DNA of 55,942 bases, taken from Nanobdellati archaeon (GTDB lineage Archaea > Nanobdellota > Nanobdellia > Woesearchaeales > JAADFO01). The DNA lies in the NCBI GenBank assembly GCA_013152815.1, contig JAADFO010000044.1, positions 1-55,942 on the forward strand, given 5' to 3'. The first letter of the stretch is position 1. The number at the start of each line of letters is the position of its first letter. The notes beneath the pieces are model-generated. The model ran no database searches. It worked only from the letters and a program-made list of their open reading frames with translations, and was not told the origin of the DNA. The translations under genes were made by a program, and so were the position numbers. This document shows, piece by piece, positions 28,193-37,786 of the stretch.

Positions 28193-29332
28193 TCAAGTTA
28201 TGTTCCCTGCGTGTTTTCCGCTCCGCAACGTCTTAGTCCTGTCCGCTCCCCTGCGGAACTTCCACATCGCTTTCCATTCGACGAGGGGCTTGAGCAGCGC
28301 CGGGATGATGCCTGTCATCACCAGTCTGCCCCAGACGAAGATGCCCTGTCTCTTGCCCATGCTGATGACCATCGGTCTCTTTTTCGGCCTGTACGCCATG
28401 AGCTTCTCTTGCTGTCCCTGCTCAAGCAGCCTGATGTTCTTACAGATGATTTCTGCATGCTGCTCTGCGCTCTGGGCAAGCTTTTCCTCTTTGATGTCGG
28501 TGATGTCCCCGCCTGCGAACATATGAGCCTGTCCTCTGACCTGCAGATGCTCATCCACCTTTACCCTGCCTTGTCCATCAAGGATGTCAGCGAGATGTTT
28601 TCGCAGGGCTCTGCTGTTGGGCCTGATGCCGGTGCAGAGGAACGCCACGTCTGCTGGTATGTTGTTCCCTGTTCGTGTGTAGAACCCTTCGTCTTTCTGT
28701 TCAGTGACGTATTCGTTGAGGATGATCTTCACCCCGCTCTTCTGCAGGACATGGAGCGCATACTCCCTCGCCTTTTCCGGCAGGCGGGGCATGAGGCGGT
28801 TCCCTCCATGACAGAGCGTGATCTTTCTGTCCTGGTAATGGTCGCAGAGCTCTCCGGTCATCTCGATGCCGACGATGCCGCCACCGATGACCAGCAAGGT
28901 GTTTGCCTCCTCGCAGCGTTGATGAGCCTTCTGGAGGTTCTTTGCTCGGGAAGAGAGGATGACATCCTGCTCCTTGAAAGGCGCTTCATAGGACGATCCC
29001 AAAGAGATGACCAGATAATCGAAGCTGAACGCCCTTCCGTCGACATTGACCTGGCTTGAGGTAACATCGCGTACCGTCCCTTTCACGAATCGGGCATGGT
29101 CGATGATCCTCTCATAGGGCGCCTGCAGCTTCTGCGCATGGCTCGGCTCGACGATGCTTCGGAGTATCCCCGGAGTGAACTCGAAGAAGTCCTTGCTGTC
29201 GATGAGGGTGACAGAAAAATCGTCGGCAAGCTCCCTCGCGACCTTGGTGCCGCAGAATCCTCCTCCCAGGATGATGACTCTCTTCTTGCCTGGGGCATGC
29301 TCCCTGTCCGTGCCTGCGTCGACCATGGTCAT
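28193..29332 (-). CDS. FAD/NAD(P)-dependent oxidoreductase (NDH-2 / AIF-M2-like)
   Basis: GGGFCG and GGGIVGIE Rossmann motifs, FAGGD. Confidence 0.9.
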   Translation of the reverse strand: MTMVDAGTDREHAPGKKRVIILGGGFCGTKVARELADDFSVTLIDSKDFFEFTPGILRSIVEPSHAQKLQAPYERIIDHARFVKGTVRDVTSSQVNVDGRAFSFDYLVISLGSSYEAPFKEQDVILSSRAKNLQKAHQRCEEANTLLVIGGGIVGIEMTGELCDHYQDRKITLCHGGNRLMPRLPEKAREYALHVLQKSGVKIILNEYVTEQKDEGFYTRTGNNIPADVAFLCTGIRPNSRALRKHLADILDGQGRVKVDEHLQVRGQAHMFAGGDITDIKEEKLAQSAEQHAEIICKNIRLLEQGQQEKLMAYRPKKRPMVISMGKRQGIFVWGRLVMTGIIPALLKPLVEWKAMWKFRRGADRTKTLRSGKHAGNIT

Positions 29333-29412
29333 TTCTTTCTTCCTCGTCGCTATTTAAACCTTTTCCCAATTCATCTGCAGGACGTCCTCTCTGGAGGCTA
29401 CCCCTGACCAAT

Positions 29413-29636
29413 GGCTGTTATGAGACCCTGCAAGAACATGCCAAATGCATGACCTACTCCATCGACGATGCTCAGCAACAAGTTGCTGGCACCAAAGGGA
29501 ACCGTATACGTTGCATACGAACCTCGTCGATTACGTCTGGCCAGCCATCATTGTCCTCCTTTCAGTCGGAAATGCTGACATTGATGGCGCAGACGATCAT
29601 GCATTTGGCAAAAAAGCAGAGGATTTCATAATGGCC
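29413..29636. mobile_element. MITE-like element, family C, copy 1 (~224 bp)
   Basis: Imperfect TIR GGCTGTTATGAGACC.../...GGATTTCATAATGGCC with subterminal IR TGCCAAATGCATGA; flanking direct repeat CTGACCAA (29404-29411, 29637-29644); homologous (inverted) to 48806-49030. Confidence 0.85.
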
Positions 29637-29644
29637 CTGACCAA

Positions 29645-29660
29645 GGAAATCTTTTTATAC
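29645..29660 (+). promoter_or_regulatory. BRE-TATA of the 6-phosphogluconolactonase gene (leaderless spacing)
   Basis: GGAAATCTTTTTATAC ending about 22 bp before ATG 29682. Confidence 0.7.
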
Positions 29661-29681
29661 TCTGCCAGAGAATGTGGGATC

Positions 29682-30380
29682 ATGGATGGACCAAACGCAT
29701 CGCCTGTATCGTACGCATCACGCCAGGCTGCGGACGCAGCTGCCTCGGCATGGCTGCTGGAGCGGCTCGAACGCATCCTTGCAGAGAAGGATCATGCGGT
29801 CTTCGGGGTCGTCGGAGGAAGGAGCGTGTCAGGCATCCTTTCCCTGCTGGTCCAGGAACAGCTCCCCTGGGAGCAGGTCCATGTCTTCCTCCTGGACGAG
29901 CGCCTTGTCGAGAAAGGAAGCGCAGAGAGCAATGCCACAGCCATCGCCCCGCTCTTCAGCAGAGCACGGTTCCATCCTTTCCTGGTCGACGGTACCGAGC
30001 AGGCATCTCCTCTCCCTGCGTTACATCGCTATGAAGCCGAGCTTGCCCAGGTCGGCAGACGCTTCGACCTTATCCTCCTGAGCGCAGGGGAAGACGGGCA
30101 CATCGCTTCGCTCTTTCCACGGCATCCTGCACTCTCTGATCAGCATCAGGGGTTCATCCTCGTCGAGCATGCGCCGAAGCAGCCTCCAGAGCGCATGTCT
30201 GCCTCTAAAAGCCTGATCGCATCGGCGACCGGAGGGCTGCTGCTTTTCTATGGTGAAGGGAAACGTCATGCCCTGGAGATGTTTGAGGATCCTTCGGTGC
30301 CGGAAGACGACTGTCCGGCAAAGATCGTCCTTTCCCTGCCCTGCCGCAGGGTGGTCACCGACCTTCAGGAAAGAAACTGA
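29682..30380 (+). CDS. pgl: 6-phosphogluconolactonase (start revised from 29445)
   Basis: GGRS, DERLV, SN, GEDGHIASLFP, PKQPPERMS. Confidence 0.88.
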   Translation: MDGPNASPVSYASRQAADAAASAWLLERLERILAEKDHAVFGVVGGRSVSGILSLLVQEQLPWEQVHVFLLDERLVEKGSAESNATAIAPLFSRARFHPFLVDGTEQASPLPALHRYEAELAQVGRRFDLILLSAGEDGHIASLFPRHPALSDQHQGFILVEHAPKQPPERMSASKSLIASATGGLLLFYGEGKRHALEMFEDPSVPEDDCPAKIVLSLPCRRVVTDLQERN

Positions 30381-30451
30381 AAAACACGTCCATTCAAAGA
30401 GCGGGCTGTGAGCTGTCTTCTGTTTCTGTGGATGTTCTTTGTGGATGAGAA

Positions 30452-31693
30452 CTATATCTTCTCTATGATGCCGTAGCCGATGAGCCTGAACCGGTTGCCT
30501 ATCCGTCGGGAGATGGTGACACGGTCGCCGACATCTGCACAGATGGGCAGCTGCAGCGTCGCATCGAACTCGTCCTTGCCGAGCTTCTGGATGATGCCCA
30601 CCGTCGCGGCCGCGTTCACGTTGAGCATGAGCGTCTCCCCTTTCTTCAGAGGGTCGACGACCAGGTTGTCCTTGGTCCCGACGACCCGTTCCAGGAGCTC
30701 TATCTTGAGCCGTAGCCTTGACCAGACAGGAGGCAGCTTTCCAGGATGGCCGACGATGTTGCCCGAGAGCTTGTCGGATTTCACGATGGACGGATCGAGC
30801 AGGGTCATGACCCCGATGGAGCCTCCTGGCCCCAGCTCCTTGGCAGGGACGCTTCCGCTCATGAGGTTGACGATCCTCGTCGTGATGGGCTTTGCCACCA
30901 GCTGGTTCTGTTCCTCGATGATGTGTCCTGGCCGTATCTCGATGTCCTCACCCTCCTTGAACTTCCCCTGTTTCAGCGTGCCGCCGAGGACCCCTCCCCG
31001 GAAATCCTTGAAGTCGGTTCCGGGCTTGTTGATGTCGAAGGAGCGTGCCACGAACATCAGCGGTTCGAGTTTTGGATCGCGTTTCGGCGTGGGCATCTGC
31101 TCCTGGATGGCCGTCAGGAGGACGTCCACATTGACGCCGTACTGGGCTGACATGGGGATGATGGGTGCGTCCTCGAAATCCGTCCCTTTGAGGAACTCCT
31201 TGACCTGTTCCCTGTTCTTCTGGGCTTTCTCGTCGCTGACCACGTCTATCTTGTTCTGGATGATGATGATCTTCTTGATGCCGATGATGGACAGGGCCAT
31301 GAGATGCTCCCGCGTCTGAGGCTGGGGGCAGGATTCGTTGGCGGCGATCATCAGCAGGGCGCCGTCCATGATGGTGGCGCCGGAGAGCATGGTGGCCATG
31401 AGCGATTCGTGTCCCGGGGCGTCCACCAGGCTGATCTTCCGGACGAGCTTTCCTTCCCCTTCCCATTTGTCTGATTTCTCGGTCGTCGCGTAGGGGAAAT
31501 CATCCTTGCATTTGGGTGACGTATAGATGGAGAAGTCTGCATAGCCGAGACGTATGGTGATCCCTCGCTTAAGCTCCTCTGAATGGGTGTCTGTCCATTT
31601 CCCGGACAGGGCCTTGACCAGCGTCGTCTTGCCGTGGTCGACGTGGCCGACCAGTCCGATGTTCATCTCTGGTTGCACATATTTCTCAGTCAT
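30452..31693 (-). CDS. eif2g: Translation initiation factor aIF2 gamma subunit
   Basis: GHVDHGKT, HSEELKRGITIRLGYA, DAPGHE, PQPQTREH, QNKID. Confidence 0.97.
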   Translation of the reverse strand: MTEKYVQPEMNIGLVGHVDHGKTTLVKALSGKWTDTHSEELKRGITIRLGYADFSIYTSPKCKDDFPYATTEKSDKWEGEGKLVRKISLVDAPGHESLMATMLSGATIMDGALLMIAANESCPQPQTREHLMALSIIGIKKIIIIQNKIDVVSDEKAQKNREQVKEFLKGTDFEDAPIIPMSAQYGVNVDVLLTAIQEQMPTPKRDPKLEPLMFVARSFDINKPGTDFKDFRGGVLGGTLKQGKFKEGEDIEIRPGHIIEEQNQLVAKPITTRIVNLMSGSVPAKELGPGGSIGVMTLLDPSIVKSDKLSGNIVGHPGKLPPVWSRLRLKIELLERVVGTKDNLVVDPLKKGETLMLNVNAAATVGIIQKLGKDEFDATLQLPICADVGDRVTISRRIGNRFRLIGYGIIEKI

Positions 31694-31698
31694 TGGTC

Positions 31699-33615
31699 TC
31701 ACTCCAAGGAGAGGTTCAGTTCCCTTCGTTCGATGTTCTCTCTGACACGCGTAATGAACGTGTCTATATCTACGCCATAGGTGACCTTGCCGTCCGGCGT
31801 ACGGACAGCGAGGGTGTTGGAGGTCTTCTCCTTATCGCCGATGGTCAGCATGAGCGGCACCTTGTCGAGCTGTGCCTGTCTGACCTTCTTCTGGATGGAC
31901 TCTGCCTTGACGTCATAGTCGACCCTGATGCCTGCCTCTTTGAGCCTGTTGCCTATGCTCTCTGCGAAATCGATGAGCGAATCGTTCATGGTGAGCATCC
32001 GTACCTGTCGTGGAGCTATCCAGAGCGGGAACTTTCCGGCGAAGTGCTCGATAAGGATGCCGATGAACCGTTCGAAGGATCCGAGGATGGCCCGGTGTAT
32101 CATGACCGGCCGGTGCTTGTTCTCTCCGTCCTTTCCCATGTAGAGCAGGTTGAAACGCTCTGGCATGGAAAAATCGACCTGGATGGTGGCGCACTGCCAG
32201 GTCCTGCCGAGACAGTCCTTGATGTGGAAATCGATCTTCGGTCCATAGAACGCACCGTCGCCTTCGTTGACGGTATACGGTTGTTTCTGCTGGTCCAGGG
32301 CGTTCTTGAGTGCTGTCTCTGCATGGTCCCATACCTCTTTGGATCCCATGGCCTTCTCCGGCCGGGTGGACAGTTCGATGTGATAGGAGAATCCGAACCT
32401 GCGGTAGACCACATCGACCAGGTCGATGCAGCCGATGATCTCCTGCTCGAGCTGTTCAGAGGTGCAGAAGATGTGGGCATCATCCTGGGTGAACTTCCTG
32501 ACCCTGAAGAGTCCGTTGAGCACGCCTGACATCTCATGCCGGTGGACCATGCCAAATTCGGCCATCCGGAGAGGAAGCTCCCGGTAGCTCCTGACCTTTG
32601 AGCTGTAGATGAGCGCATGGCCAGGACAGTTCATGGGCTTGATGGCATATTCCTGGTCATCGATGGTGATGAAATACATGTTCTCCTTGTAATGGTCCCA
32701 ATGCCCTGACTTGAGCCAGAGCTCCTTGTTCATGATGAGCGGGGTCTTGACCTCAAGATACTGCCTCTTCTGGAGCTCTTCACGCAGGAAGCCTTCTATC
32801 GCATTCCAGATGATGGTCCCCTTGTCTGAGAAGAAGGGCATGCCCGGCGCTTCGGGAAAGAGGTTGAACAGCTCCATATCCTGTCCTACCTTCCTATGGT
32901 TGCGTTTCTCTGCCTCTTCGAGGATCCTCAGATGCTCTTTCAGCTGCTCCTTGTCCGGGAAGCTGATGCCGTAGATCCTCTGGAGCTGTTTTCTGGAGGC
33001 GTCTGCCCGCCAGTAGGCTCCTGCGATCTTGGTGAGCTTGAAGGCCTTGAGCATCCCGGTGTTGGGAACATGGGGTCCTCTGCAGAGGTCGGTGAAATCA
33101 CCCTGTGAATAGACTGAGATCTCCTGGCCCTCGAATTCATCGATGAGCTCCTGTTTGTAGGGATTGTCCTTGAACAGCGCCTTTGCCTTCTCTTTGGAGA
33201 GCACCTCTCTGCTGATGGGCAGCCTCTTCTTCATGAGCTCGTGCATCTTCTTCTCGATGCGCAGCAGATCCTCGGGATGGATGGTCTGGGGGATGTCAAA
33301 ATCATAGTAGAATCCTTCTTCGACCACCGGGCCTATGGTCGGTTTGGCCTCTGGAAACAATGCCATGACCGCCTGGGCCATGAGATGGGCTGAGCTGTGC
33401 CGGAAGATATCCCTGCCTTCTTCATCATCGAAAGTGAGGAAGATGACCTTTGCGTCCTTCGTGAGGGTCGTGGAGAGGTCTTTCGGGATGCCATCCACCT
33501 TCATCCCAAGGACAGCGGAACGGTCCTTCCTGTCTGACTGTTTGAGGAGTTCGAATCCTGAGACAGATTTCTCTGCTTTGGCCTTCTGCCCGTCTGCCAG
33601 CTCTACGGTTATCAT
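31699..33615 (-). CDS. thrS: Threonyl-tRNA synthetase (bacterial type, TGS plus editing domain)
   Basis: HSSAHLMA, DLCRGPH, GAYWR, KPMNCPGH, FTQDDAH, AFYGPKID, HRAILGSFERF. Confidence 0.97.
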   Translation of the reverse strand: MITVELADGQKAKAEKSVSGFELLKQSDRKDRSAVLGMKVDGIPKDLSTTLTKDAKVIFLTFDDEEGRDIFRHSSAHLMAQAVMALFPEAKPTIGPVVEEGFYYDFDIPQTIHPEDLLRIEKKMHELMKKRLPISREVLSKEKAKALFKDNPYKQELIDEFEGQEISVYSQGDFTDLCRGPHVPNTGMLKAFKLTKIAGAYWRADASRKQLQRIYGISFPDKEQLKEHLRILEEAEKRNHRKVGQDMELFNLFPEAPGMPFFSDKGTIIWNAIEGFLREELQKRQYLEVKTPLIMNKELWLKSGHWDHYKENMYFITIDDQEYAIKPMNCPGHALIYSSKVRSYRELPLRMAEFGMVHRHEMSGVLNGLFRVRKFTQDDAHIFCTSEQLEQEIIGCIDLVDVVYRRFGFSYHIELSTRPEKAMGSKEVWDHAETALKNALDQQKQPYTVNEGDGAFYGPKIDFHIKDCLGRTWQCATIQVDFSMPERFNLLYMGKDGENKHRPVMIHRAILGSFERFIGILIEHFAGKFPLWIAPRQVRMLTMNDSLIDFAESIGNRLKEAGIRVDYDVKAESIQKKVRQAQLDKVPLMLTIGDKEKTSNTLAVRTPDGKVTYGVDIDTFITRVRENIERRELNLSLE

Positions 33616-33721
33616 GGGGTCCGATGAAAGGAATCGGCTTTATAAAGATTGTGGTGGCCTGTATCCGAAGAAATCGTCTTTTTCCGAGGAGGATCCGCTG
33701 CTTTTCTGCTCTGAGAAGGGC

Positions 33722-34651
33722 TTACTTTTCTACGGTGAGCAGGGTCTTCATGGCCCTGATGGCCACCTCTATCTGGTCATCATCCGGCCGGGCAGTGGTA
33801 AGGTTCTGCATCCAGATGCCCGGAAGGATCAATGCCTTGAACAGCATGTTATGGCGGTATCGGAAACTCAGCTTGAGCAGCTCGTAGGCGATGCCTGCGA
33901 TGGGGAGAAGCAGGGGGATCCTGAGCGCAAGCAGGAGCAGGAACGGCAGGTCGATGGGCACCACCGAGAAGATGAGGATGGCTATGATGAGCGTGATGAA
34001 GATGAAGGAGGTGCCGCATCGGGGATGCTGGGGAGGATACTTCCTGACGTTCTTGAGGGTCAGAGGAAGGTTGTCCTCATAGGCATAGACCGTCATGTGC
34101 TCTGCACCATGGTACTGGAAGAGCCGTTTCACATCCGGTGTCAATGAGATGAGCAGGATATAGCCGACGAAGATGAGGATGCGGATGATGCCGTCCACCA
34201 GGTTGAACAGCAGTTGGTTTGCCTTGAAGAACGGCAGCGAGAAGAGGAGTTTCGTCGCTCCCAACGGGATGAACTTGAAGAGCAGGAAGGCGAAGAGGAG
34301 AGAGATGATGATGGTGATGGTCATGGTCGAGGAGCTTATCTGCTCCTGTTCTGCCTCATCTGCCTGCTGGTTCGCAGACCAGATGAGGCCTCTCATGCCG
34401 AGCACGAGCATCTCGTAGAGGATGATGGGTCCGCGAATCAGCGGAAGGCCCCATATCTTCGATCGTCTGGTGCGTGACGGCGCATCGATGATGTCGGTGA
34501 CGATCTTCCTGTCCGGCTGGCGGACCGCTATGCCGATATGCTCTCTTCCCTTGATCATGACCCCTTCGATGACCGCCTGTCCACCCACGAGCCGTTGTTC
34601 TTTCGGCGCTTTCCGGTGTAGTCGTCGCTTCGGGTGTTTGGGCTTTGGCAT
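33722..34651 (-). CDS. DUF1385-like membrane protein
   Basis: GGQAVIEGVM, YHGAEH, HPRCGTSF. Confidence 0.88.
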   Translation of the reverse strand: MPKPKHPKRRLHRKAPKEQRLVGGQAVIEGVMIKGREHIGIAVRQPDRKIVTDIIDAPSRTRRSKIWGLPLIRGPIILYEMLVLGMRGLIWSANQQADEAEQEQISSSTMTITIIISLLFAFLLFKFIPLGATKLLFSLPFFKANQLLFNLVDGIIRILIFVGYILLISLTPDVKRLFQYHGAEHMTVYAYEDNLPLTLKNVRKYPPQHPRCGTSFIFITLIIAILIFSVVPIDLPFLLLLALRIPLLLPIAGIAYELLKLSFRYRHNMLFKALILPGIWMQNLTTARPDDDQIEVAIRAMKTLLTVEK

Positions 34652-34664
34652 GAACAGGATCCTC

Positions 34665-35114
34665 CTAGGGACCGCCGCAGGGCATGTTTGAGATGTTCAG
34701 TCGAGAACTTCCGATGCCGGGGTTTGGTTTTCCCGTTATCTTGGAGATATTAATAAGGTTTCCGTTTTTGTCTTCGAAGTAGATGCAGAAGTCGCTCGTG
34801 AGGCCGAGCATGTTCTTGATGTCTGTATAAGAAAGGTTGGCGAAGGCATGCAGCCGGGCCGTATCCACCTTGTTGTCGATGATGAAGATGACCCTGGAGT
34901 TCTCTCCATCGCCTGAGATGAGTTTCAGAGGGAGGAGGTTGCTCTCCTCTTTCAGGTTTTTTAGGTTGGTATCTGACGAGCCGGTCCCGAGGATATAATA
35001 GAATACGGCGAAGGTGAGCAGGAACAGTCCTGCTGCGAGAAGGAGGTCGGTGGACCATGTCTGGCCTGTGCGAGTGCGATGCAGCTTTTGTTGTCGTTTC
35101 ATGCCCTGCCGCAT
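34665..35114 (-). CDS. Class III signal-peptide pilin-like protein
   Basis: RTG|QTWSTDLLLAAGLFLLTF; shares DFCIxFEDKxGNLIN and GIGS with its neighbour. Confidence 0.85.
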   Translation of the reverse strand: MRQGMKRQQKLHRTRTGQTWSTDLLLAAGLFLLTFAVFYYILGTGSSDTNLKNLKEESNLLPLKLISGDGENSRVIFIIDNKVDTARLHAFANLSYTDIKNMLGLTSDFCIYFEDKNGNLINISKITGKPNPGIGSSRLNISNMPCGGP

Positions 35115-35506
35115 GGTCTTCCCTCCACTTGCATCCTCGGGCTTCCGATGCCGTAGTTCGGAGAGCCGATGACCTGGGTGAGGTTGATGAGATTGCCATC
35201 CTTGTCCTCGAATATGATGCAGAAATCGTTGGTCACTCCGATGGCGTTCTTGATGCTGGTGTAGCCTCGGTTGCTGAGCTCCTTCAGCTTTGTGGTGTCT
35301 ACCACATTGTCTACGATGATGGCAAGGGTGTCGTTGTCTCCGGTCATGACAAGCCTTGTCGGGATGAGGACAGACTCGGCCTCCAGCCTTCCGGTCCTCT
35401 TCGATTCTGATACTGAGAGGAAATTGAAGAAGATGATGAAAGTGAGAAGGAAGATGCCTATGGCGAAGAGCAGGTCGCTGAGATAGGTCTGGGCTTTTTT
35501 TTCCAT
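35099..35506 (-). CDS. Class III signal-peptide pilin-like protein
   Basis: KKA|QTYLSDLLFAIGIFLLTF. Confidence 0.85.
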   Translation of the reverse strand: MEKKAQTYLSDLLFAIGIFLLTFIIFFNFLSVSESKRTGRLEAESVLIPTRLVMTGDNDTLAIIVDNVVDTTKLKELSNRGYTSIKNAIGVTNDFCIIFEDKDGNLINLTQVIGSPNYGIGSPRMQVEGRPCGRA

Positions 35507-35507
35507 G

Positions 35508-35948
35508 CTAAGGACAGCTCACGGTGTTGATGCATATGGTGTTCTCGCGTTTGGTGAGATTATTGAATCCCGGGGTGACATTGCCTTTCACCTCCCGGGG
35601 AAGGTTGAGCGAGTAAGGTACCGTCTGGTTCAACGCGTTGGTGTAGAATATCTGGATGGTGCTCTTGTTCCTGGTGGCGTCGGCCGGATAGATGACCGTG
35701 CCGAAGGTGTATCCTTCGATGTTGTAGGGGATCCAGAAGCGCCTGCTGAACCCGTCATGCATGGTGTCGGCCAGCTGGATCTCTGAGGCGATGAGCCCTC
35801 CGAGCTGGGTCAGCCGGTTCCAGTTCTTCTCGTCCTGCAGTTCCAGTGTCTTGTTCAGGATGACGACCGAGAAGACCGTGAGGATGAGGAACATGATGGT
35901 GAGCACTCCGATGAACTCTGCAGATACCTGCCCCTTTGTAGGTTCCAT
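35508..35948 (-). CDS. Class III signal-peptide pilin-like protein
   Basis: KG|QVSAEFIGVLTIMFLIL (+5 Glu). Confidence 0.87.
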   Translation of the reverse strand: MEPTKGQVSAEFIGVLTIMFLILTVFSVVILNKTLELQDEKNWNRLTQLGGLIASEIQLADTMHDGFSRRFWIPYNIEGYTFGTVIYPADATRNKSTIQIFYTNALNQTVPYSLNLPREVKGNVTPGFNNLTKRENTICINTVSCP

Positions 35949-35952
35949 GGTG

Positions 35953-36429
35953 CTATGATGTCCAGTTGAGCCAGATGTTGCCCTGTTCGCCGGCGACTGC
36001 CCTGACCTTTTTCAGTCCTGGCGTGCGGGCCCGATCCAGATCAGAAGAGTTGATGACGATGTTGGTGGTGCAGCTGATGTATTGTTTCATGCCCTGCCTT
36101 GACACGGTGAACCGTATCTCTGTGCAGAGGGTGCAACCGCCCGCCGGGTCGTTCCTCGCTATGGTGATGTTCCGTATGCCTTTGGGGAATGTGAATTCCT
36201 TGGTCTGTCTGGCAGGGAACCCCATGTAGTACACCGACTCGGACATGTCCACGACGTCGTGGCATATCTGCTGGAGCTGTGCGTCAGTGATGTCATCGAA
36301 GGTTTCCGAGCCGTACTTCCCCAGAAGGGTGATGGTCATGACCAGGGCAAAGAAGACGAAGCCTGCGATGATGATGTACTCTGTGGCGGCCTGTCCCTTC
36401 CTGCCTCGAGATAGAGCTTTCCCTAGCAT
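35953..36429 (-). CDS. Class III signal-peptide pilin-like protein
   Basis: RKG|QAATEYIIIAGFV (+5 Glu). Confidence 0.87.
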   Translation of the reverse strand: MLGKALSRGRKGQAATEYIIIAGFVFFALVMTITLLGKYGSETFDDITDAQLQQICHDVVDMSESVYYMGFPARQTKEFTFPKGIRNITIARNDPAGGCTLCTEIRFTVSRQGMKQYISCTTNIVINSSDLDRARTPGLKKVRAVAGEQGNIWLNWTS

Positions 36430-36542
36430 GGCCTATGAACAGACGTCACCATTTAAAAAGATTTATCCCTACTTGCTGGTAAAGGAACAGGGTAACCTGA
36501 TGCAGAAGAGATGAACAAAAGGAAAGAAAAAAGAAATCAGCC

Positions 36543-37016
36543 TCACTCGACATCGGTGAGGAGGGGTCCCTGTCATCGAATGGACAAAATTTGACTGGAG
36601 GTCTGTATACACCAGATCCATGCTCCCTTTGAGCCTTGCGCCTTGTTGTGCTGTCATGCCTGAACAGGATAATGTGATTGTCGCTTCTGATCCTGCAAAT
36701 AGTGTTACGGGAGTAAATGACGCATTATTATTGTTACAATCTGCCAGACCATTGTCTGAAGTGAAATTCAGGTTGGTTATCTTTATATCATTGCCCAATC
36801 CATTGCTCAGTTTCAGTTTTAATTGCGCCGGACTTGCGGTGAGCGAGTGATCTGCACACACGATGCCCTGCGAGAAGACGCATTTCCTCGGAAGGAACTG
36901 CTGCGGGTTGAGGACTCCGATGCTAAAGCTCCGATGACGATGAGGACGACGAGAATTGCCCAGCCATAGGTCATCAAGAATTCCATGGCGGCCTGTCCTT
37001 TCTTCTGATTGACCAT
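36543..37016 (-). pseudogene. Major-pilin-type gene with two frameshifts
   Basis: KKG|QAAMEFLMTYGWAILVVLIVIGALA shifts frame near 36922 to IGVLNPQQFLPRKC..., then again at the C run near 36565 to GTLLTDVE*; GAGGT SD upstream. Confidence 0.82.
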
Positions 37017-37143
37017 TGTGTGACCTCCTCTTTTTCATGTACACATATATTAGGATGAACGGGTTTATGGATTCTTATGGACTCATATACATGAATGATT
37101 ATCAATTATGAATGCTGTGCTATTTAAATCTTTCGCTTGCTTC

Positions 37144-37232
37144 AGCTCTGGAGAAAGTATGGTCAGCATCCTTTGCGAGGCCTTACCCTGCTCAGGCGCG
37201 GAAGAGTTCCGGGGCTGGAACGACTGAAGCAG
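37144..37232. mobile_element. MITE-like element, family B, truncated copy
   Basis: GGTCAGCATCCTTTGCGAGGCCTTACCCTGCTCAGG... nearly identical to the reverse complement of about 48690-48796, with the central GC hairpin deleted. Confidence 0.85.
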
Positions 37233-37294
37233 TGTCCTTGCATGTTCCACTTGTCGTAAAAACAATTATAAAGTGCATCCATCTACATCGCTGC

Positions 37295-37786
37295 ATGAGA
37301 AAAAAGGGGTATTTCTTCACCATAGATGCGTTCATCGCGATGGGCATCCTCTCCATAGGATTGTTGCTCGTCATCAGCTTCCGGACCGACACCTCTGCGG
37401 ATCTGCAGACCACCTTCTATTCCAACGACATCAACAACCTCTTCACTTCCACTGAACTCTACACGCTCAACAACCGTTACATCGACCGGCTCCACGATGA
37501 TGGCAACATCACCAACATGCGATATACAGTCCTGGAGCAGGTGGGCGAGTTCTGGTTCAGGAACAAGACCGACCTCGGAAGGACGCTCATCGTGAACCTC
37601 TCCTACGGCAATGTCGGTAAGGCCTTCTCCTTCGCTGTTCTCATCGAGAACGAGACCATCTACAATTCCAGCGATGATTCAGCCACGGCGGCAGACCTGT
37701 TCTCTTCCAAGAAGATCATCTCCGGTGTCTACAATGACACCGTCCTTTGGGGTCCCTATAAAGCAGAGGTGCGTGTATGGCGTTAG
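37295..37786 (+). CDS. Class III signal-peptide pilin-like protein (start revised from 37112)
   Basis: MRKKG|YFFTIDAFIAMGILSIGLLLV. Confidence 0.85.
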   Translation: MRKKGYFFTIDAFIAMGILSIGLLLVISFRTDTSADLQTTFYSNDINNLFTSTELYTLNNRYIDRLHDDGNITNMRYTVLEQVGEFWFRNKTDLGRTLIVNLSYGNVGKAFSFAVLIENETIYNSSDDSATAADLFSSKKIISGVYNDTVLWGPYKAEVRVWR

